Origin: a virus | Taxonomy: Duplodnaviria; Heunggongvirae; Uroviricota; Caudoviricetes | DNA length: 35,160 nucleotides | IMG/VR virus record: IMGVR_UViG_2734482770_000003 | Strand: one strand, 5' to 3' | Part shown: in pieces, positions 28,977 through 35,160 of the stretch | Layout of the letters: each line of letters begins with the position of its first letter | Numbering within the stretch: position 1 is the first letter of the stretch | Notes under the pieces: model-generated | What the model saw: only the letters and a program-made list of their open reading frames with translations | Told to the model about the DNA's origin: nothing | Database searches by the model: none | Made by a program: the position numbers and the translations under genes

Positions 28977-29128
28977 CGTTTCCGAAAAATCTCTCGGTCG
29001 ATGACCTGATGGCAGATGTGGCTGTGATATTTCACTGGCCGCCATCAGAACTGTATCCCATGAGCCTGACCGAACTCATCACATGGCGCGAAAAGGCGCT
29101 CCGGCGAAGCGGAAACACGAATGAGTAA
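28701..29128 (+). CDS. E': gpE+E' fusion produced by programmed -1 frameshift at TTTTTTG (28949..28955)
   Basis: Slippery run ggTTTTTTg in gpE frame; -1 frame stays open to TAA at 29126..29128 (hand-translated ...LITWREKALRRSGNTNE*), overlapping T start; conserved tail-chaperone frameshift arrangement. Confidence 0.6.
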
Positions 29129-31568
29129 CAATGTAAAATTACAGGTATTGCTCAGGGCTGTTGACCAGGCATCCCGCCCGTTTAAATCCATCCGTACAGC
29201 GAGCAAGTCGCTGTCGGGGGATATCCGGGAAACACAAAAATCACTGCGCGAGCTGAACGGTCAGGCGTCCCGTATTGAGGGATTTCGCAAGACCAGTGCG
29301 CAGCTCGCCGTGACTGGTCATGCACTTGAAAAGGCTCGGCAGGAAGCCGAAGCCCTTGCCACACAGTTTAAAAACACCGAACGTCCGACCCGTGCTCAGG
29401 CGAAAGTGCTGGAATCCGCAAAGCGTGCGGCGGAGGACTTACAGGCGAAATATAACCGCCTGACGGATTCCGTTAAGCGCCAGCAGCGGGAACTGGCCGC
29501 TGTGGGAATTAATACCCGCAATCTTGCACATGATGAGCAGGGGCTGAAAAACCGTATCAGTGAAACCACCGCACAGCTTAACCGTCAGCGCGACGCACTG
29601 GCGCGTGTCAGTGCACAACAGGCAAAACTTAACGCAGTAAAACAGCGTTATCAGGCCGGAAAGGAACTGGCAGGAAATATGGCCTCAGTGGGCGCTGCCG
29701 GTGTGGGGATTGCTGCTGCGGGAACGATGACCGGTGTTAAGCTGCTGATGCCCGGTTATGAGTTTGCGCAGAAAAACTCAGAATTGCAGGCCGTGCTAGG
29801 TGTGGCAAAAGACTCCGCCGAAATGGCCGCACTCCGCAAGCAGGCGCGCCAGCTCGGTGACAATACTGCCGCCTCGGCGGATGATGCTGCCGGTGCGCAG
29901 ATTATCATTGCGAAAGCCGGTGGGGATGTTGATGCCATTCAGGCAGCAACGCCGGTCACGCTGAATATGGCACTGGCGAACCGCCGCACGATGGAAGAAA
30001 ACGCCGCCCTGCTGATGGGGATGAAATCCGCCTTTCAGCTTTCAAACGATAAGGTCGCTCATATCGGGGATGTTCTCTCCATGACGATGAACAAAACCGC
30101 CGCCGATTTTGACGGCATGAGCGATGCGCTGACCTATGCCGCACCTGTGGCAAAAAATGCCGGTGTCAGCATTGAAGAAACCGCCGCAATGGTCGGGGCG
30201 CTGCATGATGCAAAAATCACAGGCTCAATGGCGGGGACGGGAAGCCGTGCCGTGTTAAGCCGCCTGCAGGCACCGACGGGAAAAGCATGGGATGCACTCA
30301 AAGAGCTTGGAGTGAAAACCTCAGACAGCAAGGGAAACACCCGGCCAATATTTACCATTCTGAAAGAAATGCAGGCCAGTTTTGAGAAAAACTGGCTCGG
30401 TACTGCCCAGCAGGCTGAATACATGAAAACCATTTTCGGGGAGGAGGCCAGCTCATCCGCCGCTGTGCTGATGACTGCCGCCTCAACCGGAAAGCTGGAC
30501 AAACTGACCGCTGCGTTTAAAGCCTCAGACGGGAAGACCGCAGAGCTGGTAAATATCATGCAGGACAATCTCGGCGGTGACTTTAAGGAGTTTCAGTCCG
30601 CTTATGAGGCGGTGGGGACTGACCTGTTTGACCAGCAGGAAGGCGCACTGCGTAAGCTCACGCAGACGGCCACAATGTATGTGTTAAAACTCGACGGCTG
30701 GATCCAGAAAAACAAATCACTGGCGTCAACCATCGGCATTATTGCCGGTGGTGCACTGGCGCTGACTGGCATCATTGGTGCCATTGGCCTCGTAGCCTGG
30801 CCGGTTATCACCGGCATCAATGCTATTATCGCGGCAGCAGGCGCAATGGGGGCAATCTTCACGACGGTTGGCAGTGCTGTTATGACGGCCATCGGGGCGA
30901 TTAGCTGGCCGGTTGTGGCCGTGGTGGCCGCCATTGTCGCCGGGGCGTTGCTTATCCGTAAATACTGGGAGCCTGTCAGCGCATTCTTCGGCGGTGTGGT
31001 TGAAGGGCTGAAAGCGGCATTTGCGCCGGTGGGGGAACTGTTCACGCCACTTAAGCCGGTGTTTGACTGGCTGGGCGAAAAGTTACAGGCCGCGTGGCAG
31101 TGGTTTAAAAACCTGATTGCCCCGGTCAAAGCCACCCAGGACACCCTGAACCGTTGCCGTGATACGGGCGTCATGTTCGGGCAGGCACTGGCTGACGCGC
31201 TGATGCTGCCGCTTAATGCGTTCAACAAACTGCGCAGCGGTATTGACTGGGTACTGGAAAAACTCGGTGTTATCAACAAAGAGTCAGGCACGCTTGACCA
31301 GACAGCCGCCAGAACTCATGCCGCCACGTATGGCACCGGTGGTTATATTCCTGCGACCAGCTCTTATGCAGGCTATCAGGCTTATCAGCCGGTTACGGCA
31401 CCGGCTGGCCGCTCTTATGTGGACCAGAGTAAAAACGAATATCACATCAGTCTGACGAGCGGTACTGCGCCGGGGACTCAGCTCGACCGCCAGTTACAGG
31501 ATGCGCTCGAAAAATACGAGCGGGATAAACGTGCGCGCGCCCGTGCCAGCATGATGCATGACGGTTAA
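29121..31568 (+). CDS. T: Tail tape measure protein gpT
   Basis: 815 aa (same as P2 T); coiled-coil N-terminal part, Gly/Ala-rich hydrophobic central segment. Confidence 0.9.
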   Translation: MSNNVKLQVLLRAVDQASRPFKSIRTASKSLSGDIRETQKSLRELNGQASRIEGFRKTSAQLAVTGHALEKARQEAEALATQFKNTERPTRAQAKVLESAKRAAEDLQAKYNRLTDSVKRQQRELAAVGINTRNLAHDEQGLKNRISETTAQLNRQRDALARVSAQQAKLNAVKQRYQAGKELAGNMASVGAAGVGIAAAGTMTGVKLLMPGYEFAQKNSELQAVLGVAKDSAEMAALRKQARQLGDNTAASADDAAGAQIIIAKAGGDVDAIQAATPVTLNMALANRRTMEENAALLMGMKSAFQLSNDKVAHIGDVLSMTMNKTAADFDGMSDALTYAAPVAKNAGVSIEETAAMVGALHDAKITGSMAGTGSRAVLSRLQAPTGKAWDALKELGVKTSDSKGNTRPIFTILKEMQASFEKNWLGTAQQAEYMKTIFGEEASSSAAVLMTAASTGKLDKLTAAFKASDGKTAELVNIMQDNLGGDFKEFQSAYEAVGTDLFDQQEGALRKLTQTATMYVLKLDGWIQKNKSLASTIGIIAGGALALTGIIGAIGLVAWPVITGINAIIAAAGAMGAIFTTVGSAVMTAIGAISWPVVAVVAAIVAGALLIRKYWEPVSAFFGGVVEGLKAAFAPVGELFTPLKPVFDWLGEKLQAAWQWFKNLIAPVKATQDTLNRCRDTGVMFGQALADALMLPLNAFNKLRSGIDWVLEKLGVINKESGTLDQTAARTHAATYGTGGYIPATSSYAGYQAYQPVTAPAGRSYVDQSKNEYHISLTSGTAPGTQLDRQLQDALEKYERDKRARARASMMHDG

Positions 31569-31582
31569 GGAGGTGACGAAAA

Positions 31583-32062
31583 ATGATGCTCGCGTTAGGT
31601 ATGTTTGTTTTTATGCGCCAGACGCTGCCACACCAGACCATGCAGCGCGAATCAGATTATCGCTGGCCGTCAAATTCCCGTATCGGTAAACGGGATGCCT
31701 TTCAGTTTCTCGGTGTGGGTGAGGAAAACATCACGCTTGCCGGTGTGCTTTATCCCGAACTGACCGGCGGCAAGCTGACGATGACCACGCTCAGACTGAT
31801 GGCAGAGGAAGGCCGGGCGTGGCCGTTGCTGGATGGCACCGGCATGATTTACGGCATGTATGTCATCAGCAAGGTGAGTGAAACAGGGAGTATTTTCTTT
31901 GCAGACGGCACACCCCGGAAAATTGATTTTACGCTGTCGCTCACCCGCGTTGATGAATCACTGGCCGCGCTTTATGGCGATATCGGTAAACAGGCGGAAT
32001 CGCTCATCGGTAAGGCTGGCAGTATGGCGACTAAATTCACGGGTATGACGGGGGCGGGATAA
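31583..32062 (+). CDS. U: Tail protein gpU
   Basis: 159 aa (same as P2 U). Confidence 0.85.
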   Translation: MMLALGMFVFMRQTLPHQTMQRESDYRWPSNSRIGKRDAFQFLGVGEENITLAGVLYPELTGGKLTMTTLRLMAEEGRAWPLLDGTGMIYGMYVISKVSETGSIFFADGTPRKIDFTLSLTRVDESLAALYGDIGKQAESLIGKAGSMATKFTGMTGAG

Positions 32063-33225
32063 TGCTGGATGCGCTGACATTTGATGCAGGCAGTACGCTG
32101 ACGCCGGATTACATGCTGATGCTCGACAGCAGGGATATTACCGGCAATATCAGCGACCGTCTGATGAGCATGACCCTGACGGATAACCGGGGCTTTGAGG
32201 CTGACCAGCTTGATATTGAACTGAACGACGCCGACGGGCAGGTCGGGCTACCGATTCGTGGCGCTGTCCTGACGGTGTATATCGGCTGGAAAGGTTTTGC
32301 CCTGGTATGCAAAGGGAAATTTACCGTTGATGAGGTTGAACACCGGGGCGCACCGGATGTGGTCACCATCCGCGCCCGGAGTGCAGATTTCCGCGGGACG
32401 CTCAATTCCCGCCGGGAAGGCTCCTGGCATGACACCACGCTCGGTGCGATTGTTGAGGCGATAGCCTCCCGTAACAAGCTGGAGGCCAGTGTCGCTCCGT
32501 CACTGGCCGGAATTAAAATCCCGCACATCGACCAGTCGCAGGAGTCTGATGCGAAATTCCTGACCCGTCTTGCAGAACGCAACGGCGGTGAGGTGTCGGT
32601 AAAAATGGGAAAACTGTTGTTTCTCAAAGCGGGGCAGGGGGTGACGGCCAGCGGTAAAAAAATCCCGCAGGTCACCATCACCCGCAGCGACGGCGACCGT
32701 CATCATTTTGCGATTGCTGACCGTGGAGCCTATACCGGCGTTACGGCAAAGTGGTTACACACCAAAGACCCGAAGCCGCAAAAGCAGAAGGTAAAACTGA
32801 AACGCAAAAAGAAAGAGAAACACCTGCGCGCACTGGAGCACCCGAAAGCGAAACCGGTCACGCAGAAGAAAGAGCCAAAAGTACCGGAAGCGCGCGAAGG
32901 TGAATACATGGCCGGTGAGGCTGACAACGTTTTTGCCCTGACCACGGTATATGCCACGAAAGCACAGGCCATGCGCGCCGCTCAGGCGAAGTGGGATAAA
33001 CTACAACGGGGTGTTGCGGAGTTCTCCATCAGCCTGGCTACTGGTCGGGCAGATATTTACACGGAAACACCGGTTAAAGTGTCAGGCTTTAAGCGCGTCA
33101 TAGACGAGCAGGACTGGACCATCACTAAGGTGACACATTGTCTCAATAATAGCGGCTTCACGACGTCCTTGGAGCTTGAGGTCAGGCTTTCTGATGTGGA
33201 GTACGAAACAGAAGATGATGAGTGA
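32062..33225 (+). CDS. D: Tail protein gpD (late gene)
   Basis: 387 aa (same as P2 D); start overlaps U stop. Confidence 0.85.
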   Translation: MLDALTFDAGSTLTPDYMLMLDSRDITGNISDRLMSMTLTDNRGFEADQLDIELNDADGQVGLPIRGAVLTVYIGWKGFALVCKGKFTVDEVEHRGAPDVVTIRARSADFRGTLNSRREGSWHDTTLGAIVEAIASRNKLEASVAPSLAGIKIPHIDQSQESDAKFLTRLAERNGGEVSVKMGKLLFLKAGQGVTASGKKIPQVTITRSDGDRHHFAIADRGAYTGVTAKWLHTKDPKPQKQKVKLKRKKKEKHLRALEHPKAKPVTQKKEPKVPEAREGEYMAGEADNVFALTTVYATKAQAMRAAQAKWDKLQRGVAEFSISLATGRADIYTETPVKVSGFKRVIDEQDWTITKVTHCLNNSGFTTSLELEVRLSDVEYETEDDE

Positions 33226-33306
33226 TGTTTTTGTTTTATCTGTTTGTTTTATAAGGATAAATTAACTAAAATGGCACCATCAACAAAACCGGAAGAGGTG
33301 CTCGCG

Positions 33307-33525
33307 ATGTTTCATTGTCCTTTATGCCAGCATGCCGCACATGCGCGTACAAGTCGCTATATCACTGACACGACAAAAGAGCGTTATCACCAGTGTCAGA
33401 ACGTGAATTGCAGCGCCACGTTCATCACTTATGAGTCGGTACAGCGATACATCGTGAAGCCGGGAGAAGTCCACGCCGTAAGGCCGCACCCGTTGCCGTC
33501 AGGGCAGCAAATTATGTGGATGTAA
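33307..33525 (+). CDS. ogr: Ogr late-gene transcription activator (C4 zinc finger)
   Basis: 72 aa from ATG at 33307 (MFHCPLCQ...), CxxC...CxxxxC zinc-finger pattern; last gene before attR. Confidence 0.85.
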   Translation: MFHCPLCQHAAHARTSRYITDTTKERYHQCQNVNCSATFITYESVQRYIVKPGEVHAVRPHPLPSGQQIMWM

Positions 33526-33537
33526 TTAGAAACAGGA

Positions 33538-33563
33538 AGCCCCTCAGTCGAGGGGCTTTTTTT
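33538..33563 (+). terminator. Rho-independent terminator after ogr
   Basis: Hairpin gcccctc-agtc-gaggggc followed by seven T. Confidence 0.7.
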
Positions 33564-33627
33564 GTCGATGTGGTCAATGTGTGGACGTGACTAGAAATAA
33601 ATCCTTTTATTTCAATTTGTTGTACGT

Positions 33628-33654
33628 AAAAAATAAGCCCGTGTAAGGGAGATT
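33628..33654. repeat. attR core: 27-bp direct repeat identical to attL core
   Basis: Exact match to 478..504; forms the 3' end of cyaR on the minus strand. Confidence 0.85.
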
Positions 33655-33714
33655 ACACAGGCTAAGGAGGTGGTTCCTGGTACAGCTAGCATTTTATGGG
33701 TTATGTTTTTCAGC
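33628..33714 (-). ncRNA. cyaR: CyaR (RyeE) Hfq-dependent sRNA
   Basis: Minus-strand sequence reads gctgaaaaacataacccataaaatgctagctgtaccaggaaccacctccttagcctgtgtaatctcccttacacgggcttatttttt, matching CyaR as I recall it, including the CACCUCCUU anti-SD region and terminator hairpin with U-tail. Confidence 0.8.
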
Positions 33715-33744
33715 GAAACGGATGATAACCTTAATAAATGCAGC

Positions 33745-33766
33745 TGTATGTGATCGGTTTCTAAGA
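33745..33766 (-). promoter_or_regulatory. Putative CRP site of the cyaR promoter (centred about -41.5)
   Basis: Minus-strand tcttagaaaccgaTCACAtaca: one perfect TCACA half-site and a weaker half-site, centred 41.5 bp upstream of the inferred CyaR 5' end at 33714. Confidence 0.4.
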
Positions 33767-33798
33767 ATTTTCCATCCGGGAAAAATAATCGAAATTAA

Positions 33799-35160
33799 TC
33801 ACTTACCGTGGGGATTACGCGTGGTTTCCCCGGAGAAATTACGCATCAGCAGCGCGTAATTGAGCTCAAGATCCTGCGGGACCGGGAGCCACACAGTATA
33901 ACCATCGCCTGGTGCTATCGGCATAGCTTCGCCTTTGGCGTTTTCCATGTGCTCAAGGGTAAAATTAATGTTGCCTTGCGGCGTCATCAGCTCAAGGCTG
34001 TCGCCAACGGAGAATTTATTTTTCACCGCTACCGCCGCGAGGTCCCCCTTGCGCTCACCGGTAAACTCACCAACAAACTGCTGGCGGTCAGAAACTGAAT
34101 AACCGTATTCGTAGTTCTGATAATCGTCGTGAGTATGACGACGCAGGAAACCTTCGGTATAGCCACGATGCGCCAGACCTTCCAGAGTTTCCAGCAGGCT
34201 GGTATCGAACGGTTTTCCCGCAGCGGCGTCATCGATAGCTTTGCGGTAAACCTGTGCGGTGCGTGCACAATAGTAGAAAGATTTGGTACGACCTTCGATT
34301 TTCAGCGAATGCACGCCCATTTTGGTCAGGCGTTCTACATGGGCGATGGCGCGCAGATCTTTCGAGTTCATGATGTAAGTGCCGTGCTCATCTTCAAACG
34401 CGGTCATATACTCGCCCGGACGCTGGGCCTCTTCGATCATAAACACTTTGTCGGTTGGTGCGCCGATACCCAGCGTCGGCTCAACATTTTGCACCGGAAT
34501 CGGCTCGTACTTGTGTACGATGTTGCCAACATCATCTTCTTTCCCTTCCTGGACGTTGTACTCCCAGCGGCAGGCGTTGGTGCAGGTGCCCTGGTTCGGG
34601 TCGCGCTTGTTGATATAGCCAGAGAGCAGGCAGCGACCGGAGTAGGCCATGCACAGCGCGCCGTGAACGAAGATCTCGATCTCCATATCCGGCACCTGAT
34701 TGCGGATCTCTTCAATCTCTTCCAGCGACAGCTCGCGAGAGAGGATCACGCGGGTCAGGCCCATTTGCTGCCAGAATTTCACCGTCGCCCAGTTCACGGC
34801 GTTAGCCTGCACCGAAAGGTGGATCGGCATTTCAGGGAAGTGCTCACGCACCAGCATAATCAGCCCTGGATCGGACATAATCAGCGCATCCGGCCCCATT
34901 TCCACCACCGGTTTCAGGTCACGGATAAAGGTTTTCAGCTTGGCGTTGTGCGGTGCAATGTTGACCACGACATAAAACTTTTTCCCCAGCGCGTGGGCTT
35001 CATTGATGCCGAGCTGAAGATTTTCGTGGTTGAATTCGTTGTTGCGCACACGCAGGGAATAACGCGGCTGGCCCGCATAAACAGCATCTGCGCCATAAGC
35101 GAAAGCGTAACGCATATTTTTCAGCGTTCCCGCCGGGGAAAGGAGTTCCGGTTTAAACAT
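33799..35160 (-). CDS. yegQ: U32-family peptidase-like protein YegQ/TrhP (host gene)
   Basis: 453 aa; the name rests on the U32-like Cys cluster (CxxxxC...C), the 453-aa length and the position next to cyaR, as in E. coli; start codon ends the window at 35160. Confidence 0.75.
   Translation of the reverse strand: MFKPELLSPAGTLKNMRYAFAYGADAVYAGQPRYSLRVRNNEFNHENLQLGINEAHALGKKFYVVVNIAPHNAKLKTFIRDLKPVVEMGPDALIMSDPGLIMLVREHFPEMPIHLSVQANAVNWATVKFWQQMGLTRVILSRELSLEEIEEIRNQVPDMEIEIFVHGALCMAYSGRCLLSGYINKRDPNQGTCTNACRWEYNVQEGKEDDVGNIVHKYEPIPVQNVEPTLGIGAPTDKVFMIEEAQRPGEYMTAFEDEHGTYIMNSKDLRAIAHVERLTKMGVHSLKIEGRTKSFYYCARTAQVYRKAIDDAAAGKPFDTSLLETLEGLAHRGYTEGFLRRHTHDDYQNYEYGYSVSDRQQFVGEFTGERKGDLAAVAVKNKFSVGDSLELMTPQGNINFTLEHMENAKGEAMPIAPGDGYTVWLPVPQDLELNYALLMRNFSGETTRNPHGK

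Larger units (their letters stand above)
478..33654. mobile_element. P2-like prophage (complete-looking), integrated into the 3' end of cyaR
   Basis: Bounded by identical 27-bp direct repeats; contains integrase, immunity, replication, cos, capsid, lysis and tail modules in canonical P2 order with P2-like protein lengths. Confidence 0.9.

Noticed and set aside
1-35160. CRISPR arrays or tRNA genes
   Set aside because: No regularly spaced short direct repeats with unique spacers were seen, and the att site corresponds to an sRNA terminator rather than a tRNA 3' end.

Overview
The window holds an apparently complete P2-like (Peduovirus-type) prophage of an Escherichia-like enterobacterium, spanning about 478..33654. 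It is bounded by a 27-bp direct repeat (478..504 and 33628..33654) that matches the 3' end of the host sRNA gene cyaR; an intact cyaR copy and the host gene yegQ/trhP lie at the right junction. Gene order and protein lengths follow phage P2 almost gene for gene: int, C, cox, B, small ORFs, A, then cos, Q P O N M L X Y K lysA lysB lysC R S, V W J I H G, FI FII E/E' T U D ogr. Three visibly AT-rich insertions interrupt this GC-richer backbone at the three positions where P2 carries accessory genes. (1) 6395..9467, at the tin/old position between A and cos, encodes a SIR2-like protein plus a HerA-like ATPase, consistent with a SIR2-HerA anti-phage system. (2) 19059..19844, at the orf30 position between S and V, encodes an unrecognised 261-aa protein with three predicted transmembrane segments. 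(3) 25568..26593, at the Z/fun position between G and FI, encodes an unrecognised 341-aa soluble protein. The two unrecognised single-gene cargos are the best candidates for undescribed defence or exclusion functions. All calls rest on reading the sequence and recalled family knowledge; no database search or computation was run.
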